A stretch of DNA of 64,000 nt. Source: Sporopachydermia quercuum. Taxonomy: Eukaryota. The stretch covers positions 1,303,676-1,367,675 of the forward strand of contig BCGN01000004.1 of assembly GCA_001599295.1 (NCBI GenBank), read 5' to 3'. Positions 48,881-60,959 of the stretch are shown one piece after another. The notes beneath the pieces were generated by a model, which saw nothing but the letters and a program-made list of their open reading frames with translations, was not told the origin of the DNA and did no database searches. Each line of letters starts with the position of its first letter. Position 1 is the first letter of the stretch. Position numbers and translations under genes: made by a program.

Positions 48881-51800
48881 ATGGATGATCAAATAGAACA
48901 GGCTGTGGAGATTGCCTTACAAGGGGGTGTTGATCCAAATTTGAAACAACAAGCATTAGAATTCTGTGATCAATTCAAAACTTCGGAAGATGGTTGGCAG
49001 GTTTGTTTGGAAATATTGAAAGGTGATAGAAAAAGAAGTGAATATACAAAGTATTTTGCTTTACAAACCATTGATTATAGATTATCAACCCTGGATCCTC
49101 AACAACTGCATTTTGTAAGGGAAGCCATATTTGCATATATTCAAAAATGTGTCAACATCAACAATGACACAGTTGAACCAGCTTATCTAAGAAACAAGAA
49201 TGCTGAGACGTTAACATATTTATTCTGTTTATGTTATTGCAACACCTGGAGATCATTCTTCAATGATATGTTGGCATTGACCGTTGGACCCAACACACCA
49301 AGAGGCAACGCAAGGGCAATAGATCTATATTTAAGAGTTCTCAATATGATTCATCAAGAAATTGGTGATAATCTGATTCTACGTAACAATGAATTAACTA
49401 AACGTAACACCCTTATCAAAGATTTAATCAGAGAAAATGATATGGCAAGCTTGGCGAGTTCATGGACAGAAATCATTTCTGAATATTCATCAGGACAAAT
49501 ATGTGGAGCAAGTGAAATGATACGAAACGAGATACTGGAAAATGTATTGAAAGTAATTGGTGGATGGATCTCTTGGATGGAAATAAGTCTGATTGTAGAG
49601 CCCACCAATTTACGATTGATATTTAGCCTACTTGAAGTACCAAGTCAAAGAATCAATGCATGCGATACGTTAATAGAGATCGTTTCAAAAAAAATGAAGG
49701 CTGAAAACAAGCTAGAGTTGATAACTTTACTCAATTTAACTCAAGTTATTTCCCAAATATTTGCAGCTAGTCAAGATGTTGATCTAATTGAAAGGGTTGC
49801 AAAATTATGTAATGCTGTTACTGTTGAGTTGGTTGGTATCTTAGATGTTTCACCAATCAATTCACAACCAAGAGACATTGCAGAAGGTCTACTTAACAAC
49901 TTATTCCCATATGTGTTAACATTCCTGGCCCACGAGTATGATGATGTTTCTATGGAAGTATTCCCTGCCATTACTGATTATTTAGCTTTCATTAGAAAAG
50001 AAGTAAAGAGATTGAAAACTTCTGTTGATACGTCTAAACTAACTAAGAATCCAAGAGGTGGATATCTTGATTTCCCTGCGGATAGTGAATTTCTCTCTAC
50101 AAATCGTACTGAAATTCTTGTGAAGCTTCTAGAAACAATTATTATGAAGATGAAATATGATGAAGATTCTAACGGTAACGATGATGAAGATGATGATGGA
50201 GAGTTCATGGAAATGAGATCCAGGTTAAAAATTTTCCAAGATTCTATTGCTTCTATTAATAGCGAATTATATGTCGAGGGTATGAAAACCATCATTCAAC
50301 GTGCCTATACTGTTAGTGCAGCGGGCAATGCAGATTGGAGAGACGTTGAACTAGGATTGTATGAGCTATTTGCATTTGGTGAAAGTCTTCGCAACGGTTC
50401 CATTAACAATCCAAAGGGGACAGAAAGCAAATCAGGAAATGAATTCTCTGATTTGTTTTTCAAGATGATTTCATCTTCCGTTCTCAACATCAATCATCCA
50501 TTAATTCAGTTATTATTTATGGAAATTGTAGTGAAATATTATAACCTCTTAGGACAGCAAACCTCATTAATTCAAAGGGTATTTGAACTATTTGCATCTC
50601 CTCTTGGATTACATAATGTCAATCCAAAAGTGAAAGTCAGATCTTGGTTTTTGTTNTTAAGATTTGTCAAATGTGTTAAGGGAGTGGTTGGATCATTTGC
50701 TAACACTTTAATTACTTCTATGTTGGATTTACTAGTAATCAAGGCAGAAGTTCCTCCGAAGGTCAATAATGATGGTGATAATGACTCTGATGTTGATGAT
50801 AATAGTGGTATTTTCGATAGCCAGTTGTACTTGTTTGAAGCAGCAGGCATCTTGACATTACAATCAGATGGAGCTATTACTGGTGAATTATTAGAGAAGG
50901 TTTTAAATCCGCTTTATTCTGATATTCAAAGATGCTTGGAAGCCGTTTCTGCTGGGTCAAAAGATCCTCAGTTATTATACCAAGTACATCATGACATTAT
51001 GGCAATTGGCACTTATGCTAGAGGCTTTGAGTCAGAAGCAACATCATCTATCAATTCAACCAAAGCTGGTATCAATGGTAGCAACATGAATTTCAACAAT
51101 AATAATGGTAGTACCAGTAATTCAAATACCAATCCTGCTAATGGTGACTCTAGTACCGACAAAGCTGAACCAAAGAAATTGGACCCTTCGGTTCTCCAAG
51201 CATTCTCTAATGCTTCACAAGTTATCATTGTAGCTTTAGAGTCATTAGGAAGATACTCACAAATTAGGGATGCTGCCAGATTCTCTGTTTCAAGATTACT
51301 ACATTTATTGGGCAAATCAATTCTATCTGATTTACCAAGATTAATACAAAGTTTACTTTGTGACGATTCCAATGCTACTGAAATTTCAGATTTCCTCAGT
51401 TTCTTGGGACAATTGGCTCATGAATTCAAAACAGAAATTATGATATATGAAATGCTCACTTCCTTAGTACCAGTATTAATCGCTCGCATTTTCTATATCT
51501 TAGAGTCTGCTGATGTGTCCGAAGAATATACCAATTCTACTGATGCAGCTTTAGAAAGAAATGCATTAAGAAGATCATTCCTAGCATTTTTATTCAACTT
51601 GTTTAATAATGGCTTAGGCAGTGTTTTAATCCATGATAGCAATAGACAAACTTTTCAAGTATTAGTCAGTAAATTATTATTATTTGCAACAGAAACATCG
51701 GACTCTCAAACAGAGAAGATGGCTTTTACCATTATCACAAGAATTGTTTTATTATGGGGCAATGGTGTTGTTGATGATAATGATATTTTTGGAAAAGGAG

Positions 51801-52114
51801 TTCAGGTCGACGGTATGGATGAATTTATACTACAAGAGCTAACAAAGATATCATGGGAATCATTAACCAAGGCTGATTTTGATATTCAAGATGCTCAGTG
51901 CCGAATAATGATATCTGAGATTGCTGGGTTAGAGAAAACCGTGTATGAAGTGAAAGGTTCAGTTTTTCTTCAATACTTAATGGAGGTTTATTTTCCTAAT
52001 ATTCAGTTACCTCAAGCAATTCAAAAGGAATACATTGAAGCAATTCAAACGTTTGATGCTAAAGAGTTCAGGAAGTTTTTCGTAAAACTGGTTCAAAGAT
52101 TGACTGCTCAATAG
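48881..52114 (+). CDS. LOS1: Exportin-T, nuclear tRNA export receptor
   Basis: MDDQIEQAVEIA..DPNLKQQA, RNTLIKDLIR, EIVSKKMK and FDSQLYLFEAAG; importin-beta-like, 1077 aa. Confidence 0.9.
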   Translation: MDDQIEQAVEIALQGGVDPNLKQQALEFCDQFKTSEDGWQVCLEILKGDRKRSEYTKYFALQTIDYRLSTLDPQQLHFVREAIFAYIQKCVNINNDTVEPAYLRNKNAETLTYLFCLCYCNTWRSFFNDMLALTVGPNTPRGNARAIDLYLRVLNMIHQEIGDNLILRNNELTKRNTLIKDLIRENDMASLASSWTEIISEYSSGQICGASEMIRNEILENVLKVIGGWISWMEISLIVEPTNLRLIFSLLEVPSQRINACDTLIEIVSKKMKAENKLELITLLNLTQVISQIFAASQDVDLIERVAKLCNAVTVELVGILDVSPINSQPRDIAEGLLNNLFPYVLTFLAHEYDDVSMEVFPAITDYLAFIRKEVKRLKTSVDTSKLTKNPRGGYLDFPADSEFLSTNRTEILVKLLETIIMKMKYDEDSNGNDDEDDDGEFMEMRSRLKIFQDSIASINSELYVEGMKTIIQRAYTVSAAGNADWRDVELGLYELFAFGESLRNGSINNPKGTESKSGNEFSDLFFKMISSSVLNINHPLIQLLFMEIVVKYYNLLGQQTSLIQRVFELFASPLGLHNVNPKVKVRSWFLXLRFVKCVKGVVGSFANTLITSMLDLLVIKAEVPPKVNNDGDNDSDVDDNSGIFDSQLYLFEAAGILTLQSDGAITGELLEKVLNPLYSDIQRCLEAVSAGSKDPQLLYQVHHDIMAIGTYARGFESEATSSINSTKAGINGSNMNFNNNNGSTSNSNTNPANGDSSTDKAEPKKLDPSVLQAFSNASQVIIVALESLGRYSQIRDAARFSVSRLLHLLGKSILSDLPRLIQSLLCDDSNATEISDFLSFLGQLAHEFKTEIMIYEMLTSLVPVLIARIFYILESADVSEEYTNSTDAALERNALRRSFLAFLFNLFNNGLGSVLIHDSNRQTFQVLVSKLLLFATETSDSQTEKMAFTIITRIVLLWGNGVVDDNDIFGKGVQVDGMDEFILQELTKISWESLTKADFDIQDAQCRIMISEIAGLEKTVYEVKGSVFLQYLMEVYFPNIQLPQAIQKEYIEAIQTFDAKEFRKFFVKLVQRLTAQ

Positions 52115-53186
52115 TGTTCTGCTATATATAGTTTGGTCTAGGGAACTTTCTGGTTTTTGACCAAGAAAAGGTATACATGAAGAAATGGTAATCGATGTTC
52201 AAGGAAACTGATGATTTGATATCAAGTAAGCACTAATAGAGCAATTTCACATCATTTGCTTGTATAGAATGAAAATATGATGAGAAGCTGTTGTGCTAGT
52301 TGGTTAATACTAATCATATGATGATAACACTGACGGTAAAGATTACTGGAAATTTACATGGGGTTCAATGAACTATGTCATTCAGTTATTAACTTATGAT
52401 TTGATTATATCAGTCTTCAACCTAAATAATCGATAAAATGAACTGCAGAATGAATATAAAATGAATAACAAAATAAATAATAACTAATTTTAATCAAAAG
52501 AAGAAAAACGATCGGAGATTACTAAATGATATTACCATTGAATGAAGTGTCTGACAAGAGAATTCTTATCTAGTTGCTTAGATAAGGACTATTTATTAAG
52601 TACGATACGATATGTTTTACACTGATTGATTTAGTATTAAATCCCATGTATGTGCCTAAGCCCTGAGGAAAGCAGCAACAGCATGGGTGTATGAAATTTG
52701 TAGTAAAATAGTAAATCATTTATTATCAAAACAATACTCATATTGTATCTTTTGTTTCTCTATATCATGTATTCAGTAAGCTTGCTTACTCGTCAACTTG
52801 CTACTCATGATCAATTGTATTTGCTTTATTATGCAATAGGATTTTTAGTATAATGATCACCATTTTAATCCTCGAAAAAATAATTTATTACATCATACTG
52901 GAAACAATAATTTATTACTGGAAACAAACTGCGAAGCATTTAATAACTAAAATATGTGGCTCTTTCAGTACTTCGCATTGCAGTGGATGAAAATGGGACT
53001 TGAACTTCTAAATAGTTTGTTTTGTTCATTTTGTTTATATTCTTATTATATCCATTAAGATAAGTATAGAGTACCGTAAAGCAAAACCTTCCAGTTGTTG
53101 ATCATTAAAATGTAACACTGGTAATAAATAACCCAATATCTCTCGCTAATCGCTAAAACATATCGTGATCTCTACTATCACTTAAA

Positions 53187-55652
53187 TCATATTAATCCTC
53201 TTGCTTTCCGTTCGGTTTCAAATATCAACATTCTCCACACTTTAATAACAATATTTTCAGCATCTTCATCCAGTGTCTATTATACAGTGAGGATATGTTA
53301 GTTATCAAATTCATGTTGATTAACAAAGACTATCATTATCAATATCATATACTTATTAACATACCTGCTCTAATTCTGTAACAATATCATTTGGATCTTT
53401 GGTTGATTTGCCGTTAAGCTTATCATTCTTCATAGTGAGAATAAAATCAATAATGAAATTTTGTAGATCTTCTTCTTCCATTTCCAATACTTCAATAATC
53501 TTCTTCATCACAAAAGGTTTTAAAGTGTTCTCAATTGAGTCCTATTGAATTCATGTTAGTTTTGTTATTGGTATTCCCGACAGATTCAATAGATACTTTT
53601 AGTACCCAACCAATTACTTACTTGTTCTAAAAATTCCCACTTGATTTCATAGTTAAATAACTCTTCTCTATCTGTAGGTAATTCCTTTGCCAATGACTTA
53701 ATAGCTTCTGTTTTATCTTCTTCAGACAATTTAACCTTTTTCCTACTGCTTTCAGTCTCAGCCCTATTAGTATCACCATTATTATTAGTAGTAGTACCGT
53801 CATTATACTCTTGCTTAATATCTTCAGTTGATCTCTTAGTACCAACTAACTCTTCTGACTGTTTATTCAAGAAATCCATTGCTCTCATTGAAGCTTTTTC
53901 TTCCTTTTCATTAAGTTCTTGTTCTATCTTATTATCGAATTCTAACTCTCGATTGCGGAAATTGGTCCTTGATCTAACCCATGAGGCATGATCTCTATAA
54001 TAATCATATTTATTTCTCGTTTCTTCAGCACTGTCATCAAAGTCAGCTAGCCATACTAATACTCTTCGTTTATCTTGCAAAGCTCTATCAGCCATTTCCC
54101 TCTCATGTTGTTCCATTCTTTCGATCTTCGAAATCTGTTGCTTTTCTCTTGTTATCCAGTTGATTTCATCTCTAATGAATCTTTCTTCCATTTCATCTTC
54201 CTTCTTTTCTTCTGCTTCTAATTCAACCATTTCATCAGTTTTATCCAACGAATCATCACCCTCTATTTCCTCATTGTCGTCTTCATAATAGCCTTTAGAT
54301 CCTTGCATATAATGTTTCCATTCATCATCTAGATCGTGGATTTCTTCTGTTGCTTTGCTCACCTGTTTGGCACTAGCTTGTCTTTCTACTTCCTCCTGTC
54401 GTTTCCGCTCAATTTCTTGTTCTTTTGCTAGTTGCTTCAATTCATAGCGTTTAGATTGAGTCCTGAAGGATTTGATTTCTTTGATGATTTCTTGAAGTTG
54501 TTCAGGTGGGATATCAGTGGCACCTTCCAATGACTGATCAATTTGATAGGAATCATCGAGAGACTTTAAAACACTCTGAGGATTTTCTCTAACAGATTTT
54601 GAGGGCTTGGCCAAACTACTAATTAGCTTAGATGCACCATTCTGTTGGTACTCCTGTTCGAAAAGATTTTGAATAGAGGTTTTGACGTCGATGAAGGATT
54701 TGTTGTTCAGGATGTTAGGAATGTCAGGAAGCTCTGTTGAGCTTGATAAAACAGATTCAAGTGATTCATCTGGTTGTAAAGTTGAGATAATCCATTTCAA
54801 ACTGTTCGCTTCTAATCTCAAATCAAAAATATGATAATCAAGGTGGACTATCTTTGTTGTTGCTGTTGTAGAAGTTTCTTTGTTACCAGATTGTTTGCTA
54901 CTGTCAGCTGAGTTATTCTTTTCATCATCTTCTTCTTCTGCTTGTTCCGAATCTTCTCTTGCTCCTTCTTCTGCCTTCCTCTTTCTTTCCAATGCTGCTA
55001 GCTCCGATTCAGCTAATGGAACTTCTAGTTCAATAGATAGCTCTTCTTTCTTTAAATACTCTAGTGCCTTGTATAGCTGATATATGGACAAAGCAGAAGA
55101 AAATTTCGCAAAACCAAATGATACATATTCTGTATCTATGATGTTTCTGCATCTCATCCAGGACTCCAAATCATTGACAGTTGATAGTACTGATTTAACA
55201 AATGAATCATCATGATTGTAGACTTTCAAAAACACGGTTCTCAGTTGTTGGTTCAGGTCATTTGGAACTGCTTTAGAAGCTTCTTTTAGTATTTCAATGG
55301 CTGATATAACGGATTCGTTGCTTCTCTCATCGTTCTCATCACTCTTCTTATTACCGTTGAATGACACTTGCTGAATAGCTGCCATATAGTTACCAAGTTT
55401 CCCATGGAAAGACTTATGAACACCTGATTTTAAATCATCGTATGTTTTTATCTTTGAATGGGGAATACTTGATAACGGGATAAGATTTTGGGTCCGAAAC
55501 CCTGGTAAGTTCGCTAACGATGAACTTGAGGATTGTGTTTCTACTGATAGATTCAGCCCTGGAATGTTATTGATTATGGGAACACCCAAAGAATGCAAAG
55601 GCGGGACAACTTGGAAATTTGATGACCCAGATTGCCTGTATGTCGAGCTCAT
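53187..55652 (-). CDS. SNU71: U1 snRNP component Snu71/RBM25 with C-terminal PWI domain, 765 aa; exons 55652-53622, 53541-53365 and 53276-53187
   Basis: Degenerate RRM (LRTVFL..SFGFAKF), charged middle (YYRDHASWVRSR..RNRE) and LPTDREELFNYEIKW. Introns 53621-53542 (GTAAGT, AACTAAC, TAG) and 53364-53277 (GTATGT, AACTAAC, TAG) add LKPFVMKKIIEVL...LDEDAENIVIKVWRMLIFETE. Confidence 0.88.
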
Positions 55653-56409
55653 TTTGATCGGTTCTAGTGTTGATTTGTTCGATGTTAATTATACGTTGAC
55701 GTTGTTCAAAGCATTTAGTCGCAAGTATAATTGTGCTGTGATATTCAGCCAATCTGTATAAAGGAGAACTGAAGAAATTAGAGAACAACAATAGTGAAGC
55801 TTTTGATATCAACACGGAACATCTTATGATGACGAACAAATGATAATTAATAATATAGAAGAGTGATAGTTTTTATTTTGTTTTCCAGAGAAATGGCTTT
55901 TATAAATTTTAAAACTATGAAGAAATAGAAGCATATGAAAAGTGGAAATGGAGATAATATAAGTTATGAAAATATCGGAGATTATAGGAGAATAAACCGG
56001 AAACTAAAATAAAAAGCAGCATTGGTATTAGTTTCGAAATATGCTTGCAGAATGTTTGGTGAGTTACTTAAAGATTCAATTATAGCCAGTTGAGGTTGTT
56101 ATATTGAAAGAAAAGTGATCAAACTGATCTCATACATCCGCAGCTTTAAGTTTTCTCATAAACCCCAGTAAACTGGAGGTGCGAATAGAATGTGAATTGT
56201 ATATATTTGAGGGTTGAAATACAAGACATGCACTGTGGTGCAAAATATCGGAAATGATATCCATCTTAGAGTATTGAGAATTCTTGAAATTTCCTCAAAA
56301 TACTGATTGAGCAACTAATTAAAAAGATTTATATATAAATTTCTTCTGTGATTTAGAAAGCAATAAAAATATATAATAAAGATATCAGGGTAGCAAAAAG
56401 AAAAGAATA

Positions 56410-56505
56410 AGCCCTACGGGGGGCTCGAACCCCCAACCTTGTGATGACTTTTATTCTCAAGAAGATAGTAAGAGTCACACGCTCTACCGATTGAGCTAGC
56501 AAGGC
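56410..56505 (-). tRNA. tRNA-Lys(CUU) with a 23-nt intron (56468-56446)
   Basis: GCCTTGCTAGCTCAATCGGTAGAGCGTGTGACTCTTA-[intron]-ATCACAAGGTTGGGGGTTCGAGCCCCCCGTAGGGCT. The mature form is a 73-nt cloverleaf with A and B boxes, the intron is at canonical 37/38, and T-tracts lie downstream. Confidence 0.96.
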
Positions 56506-56820
56506 TCAGTTGCGAATTGCTCGCAAAATTTACTAGTAGCGGTTAGGGAATTAATAAATTGTTGCTTTTATCTCAATGGTTCGTGAGAAGCAGTGCATTA
56601 GGGTACCTAAGGGTTACATTTCATTGAATAACGACACTCAAACACTCAATATGATTGAAGTGAGTAGTGCCAAGTCTGCAGGAACCCAGATTAAAATTTC
56701 CTCTTATAGTATTTCATCAGGAATGTCACAGTAAGCTACTGAATGGATGGAGGTATGACATGAAAAGACGTTCGCAATATCGGAGAACTTGAAAAGCTAT
56801 AATTTCCGAGGTTTTCCAAA

Positions 56821-56826
56821 GCGCGT
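56821..56826. promoter_or_regulatory. MCB-like element upstream of CTF18
   Basis: GCGCGT (ACGCG core on the minus strand) about 165 bp upstream of the CTF18 ATG. Confidence 0.45.
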
Positions 56827-56989
56827 GCTATTTCTATGATTTCTGTTTCTGTTGTTTATTCGAGATCAAATATATCTTATTCTCAACTATGAAATTGGAG
56901 CTACAATCTATAGTAGTACCATTCAATGAAGTTTTTCATTAGGAACGATAAACACTGAAAGTTGCTCTCCAAAAACGAAATCAGATATA

Positions 56990-59103
56990 ATGGCATCAAG
57001 GTCTAATCTGTTCAATCTCAAATCAGACGCGTTAGATGCTATTGTTCCTGTTGATGATGATATTTTTACTTCTACATATCAAATAGGTGAGTCCAATGAA
57101 GTTTTTAAAGTATTTAAATCAGTTGAAACAGTTTGCTCTTCTTCCTCTTCTTCTCATTCCAAGAAGAAACCATATGCTGTGCCAACAAAAACAATAAGTA
57201 AAGCACCATTATCAGTAACGCTAAACAATGGCCATCAGTTTACTCTTAAGAAGCGTAAAACCAATAAAACAGACTCAATTACTGGAAGATTTACTTTGAA
57301 CATTGTGAAAGAGCTGGAAAAAGATAAAATGGATAAACCAAAGACCAAAAAATCCTTCGAGAAACCCCAGAACTCTACTTTCTCATTGTTAACTGAGGCA
57401 TATAGACCAAAATCATTCTTTGATCTCATAGGTAATGATAGAACACACAGACAAATACTTAAATGGCTAAAATGTTGGTCGCCAGTTGTCTTCGGCACCG
57501 AACCGGTTATTGCTACTAACGATCCTATGAACCGTCCTGATAAACAGATCCTTCTACTTCATGGTCCTCCTGGTATTGGTAAAACTAGTATAGTGCATGT
57601 GGCTGCCAGAACAATGGGATATGACATTTTGGAGATCAATGCTAGTGACGAAAGAGGTGGTACAAGAGTCAAAGAAAAATTGAAACACGCCGTTAGCATG
57701 CATGGATTTACTGGAAAGCCTTCCTGTGTAGTCTTGGATGAAATAGATGGTTCAGAAGCAGGGTTTGTTCGTTGGGTTTCAGACCTGGTCAAAAGTGGTA
57801 ACCTCAGAAGACCAATTATTGCCATATGTAACAACGCATACGGGCGATCACTTGAGAGGTTAAGAAATCACAGTGAGATGATTAAAATATCACGTCCTAG
57901 CGCCAGGGATGTTACTGAAAGGTTGAGAAAAATATGCGAACGTGAAACAATTGGTATGTCGCGAGGTGAGTTGAATGGAATTGTATTAGCTAATGAATGT
58001 GATGTGAGAAGTTGTTTGAATGCTCTTCAATTTTATGGTTGCGATGATGGATCTGAGAAAGACAAGAAAATAGGTTGGTTTCAAATGGTTGAAAAAGTTT
58101 TCAAGCGTGAGAGTAAATTGACAAAGAACGAAGGGTTCAATAAATTAATGGACGAGTTAGAAAAAAGTGGTGACCTTGATAAAGTCATCACTGGTTCATT
58201 TGCTAGTTATCTCACTGTTACTCATGATGACGGGTTTATAAGAAAAGTAGCAGATATCAGTGATTGGCTTGAATTTCTTGAGATAGTTAATAATGATATG
58301 TATGGAAGTCATTCAGGATCTGGTTCCGGAGCAGGAGCAAATTATTTGAAGTTCATACCTTTAGCATTCTATTCGATGTTTAGTGACGTTTACAACAGTA
58401 ACTTCCAGACGACCTATGAAAACATCGAAAACAGGGATCAATTGAGAACAAGACAGAATAACTACGAGTTATTATTCTCAAAATTCTCACTGGCAAATCA
58501 ATACCATTATCAGGCTTGTAATGGATTTGTTCACTTACTACCATATTTGAGCCGAATCTTGTCATCTAGAAGTCAAACAGAGAAGGAAACGAAAACGTAT
58601 GAGTTGATTAAAAGTTTTGGCTTGGGAGATATGGTTTATAAGACAGGAACCCCTCCTTCATTGCAAATGTAAGTAAATTACGCTCTTTGACCTCTAAGTT
58701 TGAAGTTTTGTTATCATGTTTTAATGAGTTGATTATACTAACTAATAACCATAGATCAATCACCGAGTTAACTCAATTTGGAAAAGACCAGAATAAAATG
58801 TCTTATGAACAAAACGATCTTGACTTGACGATAGTTAAAATAGTTGAGAAGAAAAAGAACCAAGAAAAGGAAGCGAGAGATCTAAAGAATTCCATTGATG
58901 GCCTAAACGAAAGAAAACGACCAGCTGCTACTTTACCTTTATATGATTATGGAAAAACGAAACAGATCATGTTTGGTAATACTAAAAATAAAGAAGAACC
59001 ACTTGCAGCTGTTAAAAACGAGGTTGAAGTTTGGGTCAAGTATAACGAAGGTTTTTCCAATGCAGTCAAGAAAACATTGCTATGGAGGAACCTTTGGAGT
59101 TAG
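56990..59103 (+). CDS. CTF18: Alternative clamp-loader large subunit Ctf18; exons 56990-58668 and 58755-59103
   Basis: YRPKSFFDLIGN, GPPGIGKT, EINASDER, LDEIDG and RRPIIAICN. Intron 58669-58754 (GTAAGT, TACTAAT, TAG) joins the hallmark tail VWVKYNEGFSNAVKK..W..LW. Confidence 0.93.
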
Positions 59104-60959
59104 GATAAGGTGGAGGCTCAATGTTTAGTGAGAGTTACTTATTCTTACTGTTATTTACATATGCTCATATCGTCTAGACCTTGAAATTGATCTATTCAGT
59201 TTACGAATGTTTAATGCTTCTAGAATCTCAGAAATAATGTTCCATAACAATTCCCATAGTAGTAGAATAAGAGTAATCTGTTTCATATTTTTGGTAATCT
59301 CATTTGAGTTGAGTTCTCAATCTGTTAGGTACTCTGTCAACGAAATAAAGTTCTGAACTTTATTGAATAACATCTATAAACCGAAGTCCCGCTTCAGTTT
59401 CCGCGTGCCATGAAATTTACTCAGTACAATTGACTTGGAATGGTTTATACAGAGCTGAATATTCGAATTCGAAACAAAATAATCATAGAAGCACGGATTG
59501 AATCCGCTTATACTTTAATTCTTTCAAGGGATCGACAGATGCTTATGTTCGAGAAACGTGAACCAGCTGATTGGTTATTTATAGTGAGTGATAGTGTAAA
59601 ATGCTGTAGAATGCTGGCCGATGATAATTGTGGGAATCATTCTAACAGTTACGCCTATTGAATTGAGTACTGAATTATTGAAATAAATAGAATAATTTAA
59701 AATATGTTAGGTAAGTGAAAATACGAATGGAAGTTACTTTTACATCACTAACATAGCTTATGGTTCTCTTCTGTTCATACAACAAATTGCTTTTCCTTGC
59801 TATCACGCATCAAAATTATTGAAAGCAATTATCTACAGGAACAAAGGGTATCCTCATGAGAAAAAAGGATAAACAGTATGAGAATTTTTCTCCATCCAGT
59901 ATTTCAACCGCTTTTGGAATAAACCAAACAAAATCAAGTGCACCAAGTGTACGCTTCAACCGTTATTTTTTGGAAACGATGAACATGAAAATTCCTATTC
60001 AACATCTGCTGCCTCTAATTGTAAGCATAGAGAAGGGTGGAATTAGGCGCAGACAAAAATATGAATGAATGCATGGTCTGCCTCATCGGCTTGTCTGGTC
60101 CGGTGTATGACCTATGTAGTTCTACTCTGTTCGGTAACCATATGACCGATTATTTACTCAGGAAATCTCAAAGCTATATAAATAAGCCCATATTTTCCTT
60201 ATTATAGAGCCCTACTTCTTACCCCTTGCATTGCTTCCACAATGGTTCATTTATTTATCCTTACAACTAATAATACATCTTCCTTTTAATTAATAGAAAG
60301 AAACCGTAAGGTGAAGATAATTCGATTAAAGTTTTACTTAACCAGTAATTTTTGATTAGGATTATATATAATAACTCATTTTGGCAGCTTAACTCAAATC
60401 TAGCCTACAAATAATTTCTGTTTACACTATCATTTAAAGGTATCATCAGATTAAGTTAGCCAACCTACTTAATCACATCACCGCTCAAAACCTTATTTAT
60501 ATTCACTCAAGAATACTAACAGCGGTTTTCCCATCAATTGAAGATAATTAATTCATAAACTGATATCAGATATTCCAAACAGAAGGGGAAGACAATTGGA
60601 TCACTTAACAACTGCTAATTTTATAAGGAATTCTTTGGCAAGTGGTAAAATAAATTTTGTTCTACCATCAATAGGAAATACATAATTGGCGTTTGAATTG
60701 GGTTGAGCGACAAAGGAATTACAGTTTGCATCTTCAAGAATTACCAGTTAAACCTTATTGGTTTTTATTATATCATCATCTTCTTATCACTTCTATTCCC
60801 TTTCTTTTCTATTTAACTTATTCACCGTTCATTATTCGCTGTTCAGTGTTTATTATCCTTAGAAAGAAGATAACATTGCAATTGAGAAGCAAAACTGATC
60901 AACCAGCTNTTATTTCAACACATTTGAAGCATTCTCAGTAACATCTCATCATCAAAAAA

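Noticed and set aside
52277..52333. Box C/D snoRNA candidate (ATGATGA...ATGATGA...CTGA)
   Set aside because: Too short, no terminal stem and no rRNA-complementary guide that I can recognise; these motifs are common in AT-rich DNA.
52896..52927. 12-bp direct repeat TACTGGAAACAA x2
   Set aside because: Two copies only; a local slippage duplication, not an array or mobile-element end.
48881..56505. Functional link between LOS1 and the nearby intron-containing tRNA
   Set aside because: 4.3 kb apart with SNU71 between them; tRNA genes are dispersed.
59704..59872. ATG TTA G|GTAAGT...CACTAAC-ATAG micro-intron giving a 40-aa peptide
   Set aside because: A 46-nt intron with the branch point abutting the acceptor is outside the range of the supported introns, and the peptide has no recognisable features.
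468..60909. Scattered single N bases as a biological pattern
   Set aside because: Irregular spacing with frames preserved; consistent with ambiguity calls or masked heterozygous sites.
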